From an uncultured Candidatus Binatia bacterium (lineage in GTDB: Bacteria; Desulfobacterota; Binatia; Bin18), in NCBI GenBank assembly GCA_965200125.1, contig OZ241332.1, positions 2,830,438 to 2,894,437 on the forward strand: a stretch of 64,000 bases of DNA, given 5' to 3'. Numbering within the stretch: the first letter of the stretch is position 1; each line of letters begins with the position of its first letter. A program made the position numbers and the translations under genes. Positions 8,491 to 17,803 of the stretch are shown piece by piece. The notes beneath the pieces were generated by a model that did no database searches, was not told where the DNA came from, and saw only the letters and a list, made by a program, of their open reading frames with translations.

Positions 8491-10650
8491 ATGTCAGCCT
8501 TGTCGCATCACACCGACCATTACCACACCCGTGGCGGCGTCACGGTCTATCGGGCCGTTGACGACCTGCCCGTCGCCGGCACCATCGAGCCGCTACTGGA
8601 CGCACTGGACGGCAGCCGCGGGGCGTTGTTCGCCTCGAGTTACGAATATCCCGGACGCTACACACGCTGGGACATGGGTTTCGTCAACCCGCCGCTGGCG
8701 GTCGTGTGCCGCGGCCTGGAGTTTCAGGTCTCGGCGCTCAACGCACGTGGCCACCTGCTACTCCCGCCCATTGCGGCCGCGGTCGAACGCCTGCCCGCGG
8801 TCGCCGCGTTCCAAGCGCACGATACGGGCCTGACCGGGACGATCTCCCCGACCACGGAACGGTTCCCCGAAGAGGAACGCAGCCGCCAACCGTCCGTGTT
8901 CTCGCTGCTGCGCGCCATCGTCGAACTCTTCTCCAGCACCGCCGAGCCGCACCTCGGGCTGTACGGGGCGTTCGGCTACGATCTCGCGTTCCAGTTCGAG
9001 CCGGTCGCCCTGCGTCAGGAACGGCCGGCCGACCAGCGCGACTTGGTCCTCTATCTGCCCGACGAACTCATCGTGGTGGATCACCGGCGCGAACGCGCAA
9101 CGCGGCGCCGGTACGAATTCGAGATCGACGGCCGCTCGACGCACGGCATGCCCTGCGACGGGGTGTATCGCAGCTATACCGGCCGGCCCGACGTCGCGCC
9201 GCGCGGCGACCATCGGCCCGGCGAGTACGCGGAGGGCGTGGCCGTCGCCAAGCAGGCGTTCGCGCGCGGCGACCTGTTCGAGGTCGTGCCCGGGCAGACG
9301 TTTGCCGAGGGTTGCGGCGCCTCGCCGGCGGAACTGTTCCGCCGGCTGCGCGAGCGTAACCCGTCGCCCTACGGCTTTCTGATCAACCTCGGCGAGGACG
9401 AGTATCTGGTGGGCGCGTCACCCGAAATGTACGTGCGGGTCGAAGGCCGGCGCGTCGAGACCTGTCCGATCTCGGGCACCATCGCCCGCGGACACGACGC
9501 CATTGCCGACGCGGACCGCATCCGGGAACTGCTCACGTCGCAAAAGGACGAGTCCGAACTCACCATGTGCACGGACGTGGACCGCAACGACAAGTCGCGC
9601 ATCTGCGAGCCGGGCAGCGTGCGCGTCATCGGGCGACGGCAGATCGAGATGTACTCGCGGCTGATCCACACGGTCGATCACGTCGAGGGCACGCTGCGCA
9701 CGGAATTCGACGCGCTGGACGCCTTCCTGGCCCACGCCTGGGCGGTCACCGTCACCGGCGCGCCCAAGGCGTGGGCCATGCAGTTCATCGAGGATCACGA
9801 AAAATCGCCGCGCGCCTGGTACGGCGGTGCGGTCGGGCTGATCGGATTCAACGGCAGCCTGAACACCGGCCTGACGCTGCGCACCATCCGCCTGAAGGCC
9901 GGCGTCGCCCAGGTCCGCGCCGGGGCCACGCTGTTGTACGACTCGGACCCGCAAGCCGAGGAGGAAGAAACCCGCCTCAAGGCCGCGGCCTTTCTCGACG
10001 CCATTCGCCGCCCGCGCGGCGCAACGCACGAGGCCGGCACGTCATCGGCGCCGGTCGGCCGCGGCAAACGGATTCTGCTGATCGACCATCAGGACTCGTT
10101 CGTCCACACCCTCGCCAACTATCTGCGCCAGACCGGAGCCGAGGTGGTCACCCTGCGCGCCGGGTTTCCCGACAGCATGCTCGACGCGCCGCGGCCCGAC
10201 CTGGTGGTGCTGTCGCCCGGTCCCGGCCGGCCGCGGGACTTCGGCATGGGAGACACTCTAGCGGCGCTGATGCAACGCCGCCTGCCGGTCTTCGGCGTCT
10301 GCCTGGGCTTGCAGGGCATTGTCGAGCATTTCGGCGGACGACTGGCGACCCTGGCCCATCCCATGCACGGCAAGCCGTCGGTCGTGCACACGCGCGGCGG
10401 CCGTCTCCATGACGCCCTGCCCGCAGAATTTCGTGCCGGCCGCTATCACTCCCTGTTCGCCGTGCGGGACACGCTGCCCGCGTCCCTCCGCGTGACGGCC
10501 GAGAGCGACGACGGCGTGGTCATGGCGGTCGAACACGACACCCTGCCCGTGGCGGGCGTCCAGTTTCACCCCGAGTCGATTCTGACGTTGCAGGAGGATC
10601 TGGGACTCCGGCTCATCCGCAACGTCGTCGAGACGCTGACAGAGGGATAG
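8491..10650 (+). CDS. trpE: Fused anthranilate synthase TrpE(G): chorismate-binding component I with a C-terminal glutamine amidotransferase.
   Basis: N-terminal TrpE/PabB-type motifs (LYGAFGYDLAFQFE, FLINLGEDEYLVGASPEMYVR). C-terminal GATase domain (ILLIDHQDSFVHTLANYL, GVCLGLQGI). The Trp leader/attenuator upstream supports anthranilate synthase over PabB or PhzE. Confidence 0.75.
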   Translation: MSALSHHTDHYHTRGGVTVYRAVDDLPVAGTIEPLLDALDGSRGALFASSYEYPGRYTRWDMGFVNPPLAVVCRGLEFQVSALNARGHLLLPPIAAAVERLPAVAAFQAHDTGLTGTISPTTERFPEEERSRQPSVFSLLRAIVELFSSTAEPHLGLYGAFGYDLAFQFEPVALRQERPADQRDLVLYLPDELIVVDHRRERATRRRYEFEIDGRSTHGMPCDGVYRSYTGRPDVAPRGDHRPGEYAEGVAVAKQAFARGDLFEVVPGQTFAEGCGASPAELFRRLRERNPSPYGFLINLGEDEYLVGASPEMYVRVEGRRVETCPISGTIARGHDAIADADRIRELLTSQKDESELTMCTDVDRNDKSRICEPGSVRVIGRRQIEMYSRLIHTVDHVEGTLRTEFDALDAFLAHAWAVTVTGAPKAWAMQFIEDHEKSPRAWYGGAVGLIGFNGSLNTGLTLRTIRLKAGVAQVRAGATLLYDSDPQAEEEETRLKAAAFLDAIRRPRGATHEAGTSSAPVGRGKRILLIDHQDSFVHTLANYLRQTGAEVVTLRAGFPDSMLDAPRPDLVVLSPGPGRPRDFGMGDTLAALMQRRLPVFGVCLGLQGIVEHFGGRLATLAHPMHGKPSVVHTRGGRLHDALPAEFRAGRYHSLFAVRDTLPASLRVTAESDDGVVMAVEHDTLPVAGVQFHPESILTLQEDLGLRLIRNVVETLTEG

Positions 10651-10756
10651 GAACCGGGAATCGATCCGACGGATACGCCCCCCACACGGAAGCAGGAATC
10701 CAGACGAAGACGGGGCCGAGATCGGTCGGAGACGCCCCGCGTTCCGGATGCCGAGA

Positions 10757-11953
10757 CTACCAGAGCCGCTCGGAGGCCAGGGCCGCCCCTTGCGCCAGAA
10801 CGCGCAGCTTGGCCCACACCACGTCCGCGGCCACCATCGTATAGCCCGCAAACGTGGAGAAGCCGCAGTCGGTGCCCGCAATGACCCGCTCGCGGTCTTC
10901 CACCACGTCGATCACGCGGGCGATGCGCTCGGCAACCACCTCGGGGTGTTCGAGGTAATTGGTGGTGACGTCGATCACCCCCGGAAACAGCAGCATGTCG
11001 TCGGGCAGCGGGTCGCCGATCAGACATTCGGTTTCGTGCTGATGCCGCGGGTTGGCGAACGGCAGGCTCAGCCCGCCGACCTTGGCCGTGTACAGCAGCG
11101 GCAAGAGCGGCTCCAAGTCCATGTCGTCGATGTGCGGGCCGTCCCAGTTCCCCCAGCACACGTGCAGGCGGACCCGCTCTCTGGGGACGTTGACCAGCGC
11201 GGCGTTCAGCGCCTCGATGTGCAGCTCGACCCGCTCGAGGAATGCGTCGAGCGGGTCGTCCACGAACATGATCTGACGCTCCAGAGCCAGGTCGGGCGCG
11301 TCGATCTGCAAGGTATGGCCGTGCGCGACGATGAGTTCGTATTCGCCGCGCAACGCTTCGGCCAGGGCCATGACGTAGGCGCGGTCGTCGGCGTATTCCC
11401 GATGGGCGGGGTCGCGCAGGAGCGTGGTCGAAACGATGCCGGGCGCGGCCGCGGTCACGAACGTTTCGGCCACGGCGTTCCGCCCGCCGGCGCGCGTCAG
11501 CGCCTCCTCGAACAGACGCAACTCCTGACGCGCGGCACGCTGCTCCGGGTCGTAGCTCACCGCAGCCTGACAGGCGGGCATGTCGTACAGGCTCGCGCTC
11601 TCGGCAATCGCGTCTCCGCGGGCGGCCTGTCGCCGCTTCAGCGCGGCATAGCCCGGAAACTTGGCGAAATCCGTCACCGTGCCGCGCGCCGCCCGGCCGC
11701 CGAAGCCCGACATCCGGTCCTTGACGTACAACGAAAACCCGAGCCGGGGCAGTTCCCCGTCGCAGACGACGTCCACGCCCGCCTCACGTTGCCCGCGCAG
11801 TGCCACGTCCAGATCCTGCGCCACGCGCGCCTCGAATTCCCCCTCGTCCACCGGCGCCCCAGCCTCCTTGCGCAGCAGCAACCGCAGCAATTCGTCACTG
11901 CGCGGCAAGCTCCCCGCGTGCGTCGTCAGAATCCGATCAACGCTGTGCTGCAT
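10757..11953 (-). CDS. Cobalamin-independent methionine synthase (MetE) C-terminal-domain-like / uroporphyrinogen-decarboxylase-like family protein.
   Basis: AAGGAG RBS before the ATG at 11953. MetE catalytic-domain-like residues (GTDCGF, HxCWGNW). Confidence 0.55.
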   Translation of the reverse strand: MQHSVDRILTTHAGSLPRSDELLRLLLRKEAGAPVDEGEFEARVAQDLDVALRGQREAGVDVVCDGELPRLGFSLYVKDRMSGFGGRAARGTVTDFAKFPGYAALKRRQAARGDAIAESASLYDMPACQAAVSYDPEQRAARQELRLFEEALTRAGGRNAVAETFVTAAAPGIVSTTLLRDPAHREYADDRAYVMALAEALRGEYELIVAHGHTLQIDAPDLALERQIMFVDDPLDAFLERVELHIEALNAALVNVPRERVRLHVCWGNWDGPHIDDMDLEPLLPLLYTAKVGGLSLPFANPRHQHETECLIGDPLPDDMLLFPGVIDVTTNYLEHPEVVAERIARVIDVVEDRERVIAGTDCGFSTFAGYTMVAADVVWAKLRVLAQGAALASERLW

Positions 11954-12116
11954 GGAAGAACTCCTTGCTAGAAATACGCTCACGGAAAGTAAGGATACGG
12001 AGCGAAAAATAGAAAATTCATAAAGAGCTAACAAGATTGGGCAACCGACATTTTTCTTGCCAACCCACGGCAAACCACATAAGACGAGGCCGCCTCACTC
12101 GGAGGGAAATCACTCC

Positions 12117-12698
12117 ATGGCAGAGTCATCCTCGTCGCATCACACGCACGATCATAGACATCATGCCCGCCCCGCGTTCCGATTCTGTCCGAAGTGCGCG
12201 GGGCCGCTCGACCGCAAGCGGCTCAAACCTCACGAGCCGCCGCGGTTGGTCTGCGGGACGTGTACTTTCGTTCTGTACGACGACCCGAAAGTCGCCGCGT
12301 GCACGATCCCGGTCATGGACGGCAAGATCCTGCTGTTGCGACGCGGCATCGAACCGGCCTACGGCAAGTGGGTGTTTCCCGGCGGTTTCATCGACCGCGG
12401 GGAACGCGTCGAGGACGCCGCGATTCGAGAAACCCGCGAAGAGACGGGGGCGACCGTGGAAGTCGGGCACCTGCTGAACGCCTATTCCTATTCCGACTAT
12501 CCCGTCGTGGTGCTGGTGTATCCGGCCAGGGTCGTGGCAGGTCGGCCCCGGGCGCTCGACGAAACCCTGGAGGTTCGGCTGTTTTCCCCGGCGGACCTCC
12601 CCTGGTCCGAACTGGCGTTCCCCAGTACCAAACAGGCTCTCGAAGAATATCTCGCAGAAAACAGCCACATCCCGGAAGTTGAACTTTCCCATTCCTGA
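12117..12698 (+). CDS. NUDIX hydrolase with an N-terminal C4 zinc ribbon.
   Basis: Nudix box GGFIDRGERVEDAAIRETREETG. CPKC...CGTC zinc ribbon. GGAGGG RBS. Confidence 0.8.
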   Translation: MAESSSSHHTHDHRHHARPAFRFCPKCAGPLDRKRLKPHEPPRLVCGTCTFVLYDDPKVAACTIPVMDGKILLLRRGIEPAYGKWVFPGGFIDRGERVEDAAIRETREETGATVEVGHLLNAYSYSDYPVVVLVYPARVVAGRPRALDETLEVRLFSPADLPWSELAFPSTKQALEEYLAENSHIPEVELSHS

Positions 12699-12760
12699 CC
12701 GGCCACTGTTCTTGCCCCGGCGCATCTGGTAGGGTTCCGAAAACTCTTCAGGAGGACCGC

Positions 12761-13102
12761 ATGGCAGACGAAACCCTATCGGCGGGCGAACAACTCAAGA
12801 AAGCGACCTGGGGATACGTCGGGGTCGGCGTCTTATGGCTTTCGCTCATCATCTCGGGCATGGCCCTGGAGCGGTTGGACCTGACCAGCGGACTTCTGAC
12901 CGGCATCCTGCCGGGAGCGGTCAATACGCTGCGGGCCGACAACGCCGCGCTCACCGAGCAGGTCCGCGAATTGAAGGACGCCAAGCAACGTCTCGATGGT
13001 CTGATCGGCCGCGAACGCGCGACCGCCGAGGCCCTGGACATCTGTCAGGCGGAGAAGAAGACCATCACCGACGAACTCAAGGCGCTCAAAGCGGGGATGT
13101 AG
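12761..13102 (+). CDS. Hypothetical membrane/coiled-coil protein.
   Basis: AGGAGGA RBS. One TM helix plus a coiled-coil tail. Followed by a clean terminator. Confidence 0.5.
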   Translation: MADETLSAGEQLKKATWGYVGVGVLWLSLIISGMALERLDLTSGLLTGILPGAVNTLRADNAALTEQVRELKDAKQRLDGLIGRERATAEALDICQAEKKTITDELKALKAGM

Positions 13103-13140
13103 AGAGTTCGCGCATTCCAGGACCCCGCCTCGAAAAGCAA

Positions 13141-13170
13141 AGCGGCGTCCGAACGGGACGCCGCTTTTTT
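13141..13170 (+). terminator. Intrinsic terminator agcggcgtcc-gaacg-ggacgccgct plus tttttt.
   Basis: Perfect 10-bp stem and a T6 tract. Confidence 0.75.
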
Positions 13171-13195
13171 CGTCACGATCAGCCCTTCCCGCAGG

Positions 13196-13275
13196 TCGGA
13201 TCAGCCGGAGGCGTAATCCGACATTCCCACCGCTTCCACCGTCGGATTACGCTTCGCTAATCCGACCTACAGGAC
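13196..13275. repeat. REP-like palindromic repeat (gtcggatcagccggaggcgtaatccgaca...gtcggattacgcttcgctaatccgacct). A second copy lies at 52314-52395.
   Basis: About 80 bp shared between the two loci. Internal inverted repeats gcgtaatccg/cggattacgc. Confidence 0.55.
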
Positions 13276-13278
13276 TTC

Positions 13279-14094
13279 TCATTGCGCCCATGCCGGGCGG
13301 CGGCGCACGAATTCGCTCACCACGTCCACGGTCGTCTGCGCCAGCTCGACGTTGAACAGGTGGCTCGCGTTGGACAGCATCAGCAGGTCCGCGTTGGGAA
13401 TCCGTTCGGCCAGAGCCACTGAATTCTCCGGCGGCACGAGGCCGTCCCGTGTGCCGGTGACGACCAGCGTGGGCTGCCGGATCTGTGGCAATCTGTCGTA
13501 CGTGTCGTGCCCCTGAATGGCCGCCATTTGATTGACCATGCCATGTTTCGGGGTGGGATGCAGCGCGGACAGACGATTGAGTTCCAGCAAGGTGTCCATG
13601 TGCTTCTGCATGAACCAGGGCGTCACCGCGACCTTGGTCATCGCCAGCGCCGCCTGCTCGACCTCGAAGGCGGCGATGTTGCCGAGCATCTCGACGACCT
13701 CCGGGTCACGCGACAGCACCGCCGTCTCCCCGCCGCAGTTCGTGCAGCCCAACACCAGGCTTTTCACCCGGTCGGGATGGCGCAACGCGAACTCCTGAGC
13801 GATCATGCCGCCCATCGAAATGCCGAACACGTGGGCCTGTTCGATACCCAACCCGTCCAGGACGCCGGCCGTGTCGTCGGCGAACATGGGCATCGAGTAC
13901 GGCTCGTCGGGTTTGTCGCTCTGTCCTACGCCGCGGTTGTCGAACGCGATGGTACGGAACGACTCGGCAAAGCCCGGAACGTTCCAGTGCCAACCCACCA
14001 TGCTGACCGTGAAGCCCATGATCAGCAGGAGCGGCTCGCCGCTGCCGTGTTCTTCGTAGTAGAGCTTGACACCGTTGGATTCGAGATGCGGCAT
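13279..14094 (-). CDS. Alpha/beta hydrolase fold protein.
   Basis: GISMGG nucleophile elbow and HGSGEPLLLIMGF motif. AAAGGAGA RBS before the ATG at 14094. Confidence 0.8.
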   Translation of the reverse strand: MPHLESNGVKLYYEEHGSGEPLLLIMGFTVSMVGWHWNVPGFAESFRTIAFDNRGVGQSDKPDEPYSMPMFADDTAGVLDGLGIEQAHVFGISMGGMIAQEFALRHPDRVKSLVLGCTNCGGETAVLSRDPEVVEMLGNIAAFEVEQAALAMTKVAVTPWFMQKHMDTLLELNRLSALHPTPKHGMVNQMAAIQGHDTYDRLPQIRQPTLVVTGTRDGLVPPENSVALAERIPNADLLMLSNASHLFNVELAQTTVDVVSEFVRRRPAWAQ

Positions 14095-14274
14095 GATTGG
14101 CGGTCTCCTTTGGGTTCGAGGCCGAGTCGGTAAGCATACCCTACGCCCGGACACCGAGTCCGCCGTGCCTCGAACTTGGTCCCTGAACTTGCGGTGGCCT
14201 GAGCTTTCCGAGGGGTCGAAGGGTGCCGGAAAGTCGAGGATCGTCGTGGAGGCGGACCGGCCTCGTCCTCCACT

Positions 14275-14547
14275 TCAATCAATGTACGGGCTGAAATTGC
14301 GCATGGCTGACAGCAAGGCGTGCAGGTCGGCGTATTCGTTCAGTTCGGCATAGAGAAAATCGTACTGGCCGCGAACTTCGTCCTCGTCCTGCTCGTCCGC
14401 GGGCCGGGCGAACAGGGACTCGAACTCCTTCAACATCGCCTGGGACTGCAACTTGGTCTCGACCGGGATTTCGTCGTCCGTGGCGATCAACAGCTTCATC
14501 TGCCGAACCAGCCGGATCACCATTTCCTCGTCGCTTCGATCCGGCAT
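14275..14547 (-). CDS. Hypothetical acidic protein.
   Basis: ORF with the expected codon bias. No recognisable domain. Confidence 0.35.
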   Translation of the reverse strand: MPDRSDEEMVIRLVRQMKLLIATDDEIPVETKLQSQAMLKEFESLFARPADEQDEDEVRGQYDFLYAELNEYADLHALLSAMRNFSPYID

Positions 14548-14571
14548 GATCGTCCACCCCGGCGCGTGGCC

Positions 14572-14934
14572 CTACCCGTTCTCCCCCGGATTTTCCGTCG
14601 ATTTCCGTTCCTGCAACTGGCGCTTCCAGTCGAGCATACGCGCCTTGGCCGCGACCGCCTCGGCCTCGGGGACCATGCCCTTCTGCTGGTAGAGGCGGGA
14701 CAACACCGTAAAGCTCATCTCGTCGTCCGGGCTGAGTTCCGTCAGCTTCTTCGCCATTTCAATCGCGTCGTCGAGTTGTTCGGCGTCGGCATAGGCGTGC
14801 GCCAAGTCGTGCACTGCCTCGACATGATTCGGATCGATCTCGAGAATCGCCTTGTATGTCGCAATCGCCCGATCGGTCTCGCCGTCGCACAGAAAGTCGT
14901 ACGCCTCGTCGTACATTTCGTCGATGGATGGCAT
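14572..14934 (-). CDS. Tetratricopeptide repeat protein.
   Basis: TPR-like helices (AIATYKAILEIDPNHVEAVHDLAHAYA). GGAGGA RBS before the ATG at 14934. Confidence 0.55.
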   Translation of the reverse strand: MPSIDEMYDEAYDFLCDGETDRAIATYKAILEIDPNHVEAVHDLAHAYADAEQLDDAIEMAKKLTELSPDDEMSFTVLSRLYQQKGMVPEAEAVAAKARMLDWKRQLQERKSTENPGENG

Positions 14935-15076
14935 GGGTCCTCCGAGGGTGCCGCGCCCGCAGCATCGGAAGCACGGCTGGAAACGTCCGCCGAATCTAGC
15001 CGATTCGCCCGACCGCTCCAAGCCCGCGGTCGCGCGCGTTGACACGCTTTCGGGCGCTTCCTATGCTCCGCTTCCC

Positions 15077-16162
15077 GTGCCGCCGTCCTACCCATCGACG
15101 CCCGCGCGCGTCCTGGATTTCATCGCCGCGCCCGATTCCGACGCGTTTCCCGGCCTCGCCCTGGACGTGTTCGCCTATCAGTTCGAGCACAACTCACCGT
15201 ACCGGCGCTTTTGCGAAGCGCGCGCCCGCACACCCGCGACCGTCACCATGTGGAAGGACGTTCCGGCCGTGCCGGCGCTCGCCTTCAAGGAACTCGATCT
15301 GGCGTGCGGACCCGCGGAAAAGGTCTTTCTGACCAGCGGCACGACACGCGGGCAGCAGACACGTGGCAGGCATCTGGTGCCCGACCTGAAGCTGTACCAC
15401 GCTTCGGCCCTGGCGCATTTCACGGCGTGTCTGCTGCCGGACTCGGCCACGCTGCGCATTCTGAGTCTGATTCCTTCACCCGCAACGCGACCTGACTCGT
15501 CGCTGACCCAAATGGCCGATTGGGTCATGCGCGACCTCGGCACGTCGGACAGCCGGTATTTCATCGACGCGGACGGCATCCATCTCGACGCGTTCGCCGA
15601 AGCCGTGGCGCAAACCGATACCGATGGACGTGCGGTATGCGTGTTGGCGATCACGTCGGCTCTGACCGCCTTTTTCGATCGGTGCGCTGCGCTGGGTCGG
15701 ACCTTTGCCTTGCCGTCCGGAAGTCGCATCATGGACACGGGCGGCAACAAGGGCGGCGGGCGCCCGTTGTCGCGCAACGGCTATTTGCAGTCGTGCTGGA
15801 AGTATCTCAAAGTGCCCGGCTACGCCTGCGTCAACGAATACGGCATGACCGAAATGGCATCGCAGTTCTACGATCACGTCCTGTACAACCGCGCCCGGAA
15901 CAGCAACGAGCCCCGCTATAAAATCGGCCCGGCGTGGACCCGGACGCTCGTCGTCGATCCCGAGACACTGGAAGAAGTGCCGCACGGCGAACGGGGAATT
16001 CTGCGCCACTTCGACCTGGCGAACTGCGGTTCGGTCATGGCCATTCAGACCGACGACGTAGGGTATCTGACCGGCGCCGGCTTCGAGATCGTCAGCCGGA
16101 CGCCCGGGGCCGAAGCGCGCGGCTGCGCCCTCACGCTCGACGAGTTCCTGGCCGTGCAATAG
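15077..16162 (+). CDS. LuxE-family acyl-protein synthetase (long-chain fatty acid ligase of the fatty acid reductase complex). Start uncertain: GTG 15077 or GTG 14948.
   Basis: Alignable to LuxE (VLDFIAAPDSD...YRRFCEA...DVPAVPALAFK...GTTRGQ). The C-terminus GCALTLDEF matches LuxE KGCALSLTEAF. Confidence 0.6.
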   Translation: MPPSYPSTPARVLDFIAAPDSDAFPGLALDVFAYQFEHNSPYRRFCEARARTPATVTMWKDVPAVPALAFKELDLACGPAEKVFLTSGTTRGQQTRGRHLVPDLKLYHASALAHFTACLLPDSATLRILSLIPSPATRPDSSLTQMADWVMRDLGTSDSRYFIDADGIHLDAFAEAVAQTDTDGRAVCVLAITSALTAFFDRCAALGRTFALPSGSRIMDTGGNKGGGRPLSRNGYLQSCWKYLKVPGYACVNEYGMTEMASQFYDHVLYNRARNSNEPRYKIGPAWTRTLVVDPETLEEVPHGERGILRHFDLANCGSVMAIQTDDVGYLTGAGFEIVSRTPGAEARGCALTLDEFLAVQ

Positions 16163-16318
16163 TTGCTCGGAGCGAGCGCGGTCGGACCCCGTTGCAATCC
16201 CCCCTCGAACGATCCTTCGAGAGACTCGGAGGCCATTCCGACCGGACACCGGGCCTGTCGAAGTGTCCCCGCTGTAATCCGTGGTTCCTTCAACCCGCCC
16301 CACAGAAAAGGCCGCCGC

Positions 16319-17686
16319 ATGTCCATCGAGAGGCCCTCATCTCCGTCTCCAGAAGAACTGACTGCTATTATCGACACGCTGCTGGCGCGTCGCCGGCGGC
16401 ATCTCGTCCGGCGGCCCGTGCACGACATCCTGGCCGTTATAGACCGATGCATTCGGCGTTGGCTGGACCCGGACTCGAACGAACGCCGGCAGGCCGAAGC
16501 GCAACTGCCCGCCACGACCGGTCTGTCGCCGCCCATGCTGCGGCACGTACTGCCGCTCGTGTTCGAGGAATATCGCGGCGAACGGTTGGGCGCCCTGCTG
16601 GACGCGGAACTCGGCGGGCGGGACAGCCTCGACCGCGCGGTCGCATCGAATGAGGGAAACCGCCGCGCCATCGGCCCGGGGCTCAGCGTGCACGTGCTGG
16701 CTGGGAATCTGCCCGGCGCGGGTCTCGACGGGGTCATCTTCTCGTTGCTGGTCAAGTCGGCGGTGCTGATCAAAGTCGCGTCCACGGAACCCGTGCTGCC
16801 CGACCTGTTCGCCCGTTCGCTGGCCGCGGTCGATCCGGAACTCGGCGCATGTCTGCGCGTCGTGCACTGGCCGGGAGGGCGCGCCGACTTGGAGAAAGCC
16901 GCCTTCGGACGCGCCGACTTGGTAGTCGCTTCGGGCTCCGACGTCAGCTTGGCGTCGATCCGGGAACGCCTCGGCGCCGACACCCGGTTCATAGGATACG
17001 GACACAAGCTGAGCTTCGGACTCGTCACCAGAGCCGGACTGGCCGACTGCGGGGCGCTGGCACATTGGTCCCGCGCGGCGGCGTATGACGCCGCTGTTTA
17101 CGACCAGCTCGGCTGTCTGTCTCCGCAACTCGTCTATGTCGAGGAAGGCGGCCCGGTCAGCCCGCGGGAGTTCGCCTCGGCGCTCGCCGACGACTTGGCC
17201 GAATGGCAAATCACGCTGCCGCGCGGCGCCGTGCCCACCGAAGCCGTCAGTGCCGTCCGGCGCCTGCGCGATCGAGCCGAATGGCAGGCCCTGGCCGGCA
17301 AGGACGTAGAATTACACGCCAGCCGTGGTGGGACGGACTGGACCGTCATCTACGAGGCCGACCCGACGTTTGCGCCCTCGCCGCTGTATCGGACCGTGCG
17401 CGTCAAGCCGCTGCGCGGACCGACGCATTTAGCCGAACTGCTGGCGGACTGGCGTCCGCATCTCGAAGCCGTGGGTCTAGCCGCGGACTCGGACGAAAGC
17501 GCCCGCCTCGGAGAATTGCTCGCCGGCCTGGGCGTGAGCCGGGTATGTCCGCTGGGAAAGATGCAGCGTCCGCCGTTGAACTGGCGTCGCGGGGGCCGTC
17601 CACGAATCGGCGCTTTCCTCCGCTGGACCGGCTCTCCACCGACAACAGAAAAAAACATCCCCTCCCCCTTTGAGGGGGAGGGTTAG
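16319..17686 (+). CDS. LuxC-family acyl-CoA reductase (fatty aldehyde-forming).
   Basis: LuxC-like length and motifs (HVLAGNLPGAGLDGVIFSLLVKSAVLIKVAS). Directly downstream of the LuxE-like gene. The last ~15 codons fall in a GC-rich palindromic repeat, so the true stop may be earlier. Confidence 0.65.
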   Translation: MSIERPSSPSPEELTAIIDTLLARRRRHLVRRPVHDILAVIDRCIRRWLDPDSNERRQAEAQLPATTGLSPPMLRHVLPLVFEEYRGERLGALLDAELGGRDSLDRAVASNEGNRRAIGPGLSVHVLAGNLPGAGLDGVIFSLLVKSAVLIKVASTEPVLPDLFARSLAAVDPELGACLRVVHWPGGRADLEKAAFGRADLVVASGSDVSLASIRERLGADTRFIGYGHKLSFGLVTRAGLADCGALAHWSRAAAYDAAVYDQLGCLSPQLVYVEEGGPVSPREFASALADDLAEWQITLPRGAVPTEAVSAVRRLRDRAEWQALAGKDVELHASRGGTDWTVIYEADPTFAPSPLYRTVRVKPLRGPTHLAELLADWRPHLEAVGLAADSDESARLGELLAGLGVSRVCPLGKMQRPPLNWRRGGRPRIGAFLRWTGSPPTTEKNIPSPFEGEG

Positions 17687-17705
17687 GGAGGGGGGTCCTC
17701 CGCAT
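17650..17705. repeat. GC-rich palindromic motif ccctcccccttTgagggggagggttagggagggggg. A related copy lies at 59722-59780.
   Basis: Read directly. About 40-bp shared core. Confidence 0.4.
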
Positions 17706-17803
17706 ACCAGAAGACCGACAAGACGACAGAGACCCCTCTCCTTCTCTCCGCCTCCCCTCCACCGGAGAGGGAGACAACGCGAGAGGGTTCAGGACGGAGC
17801 ATA

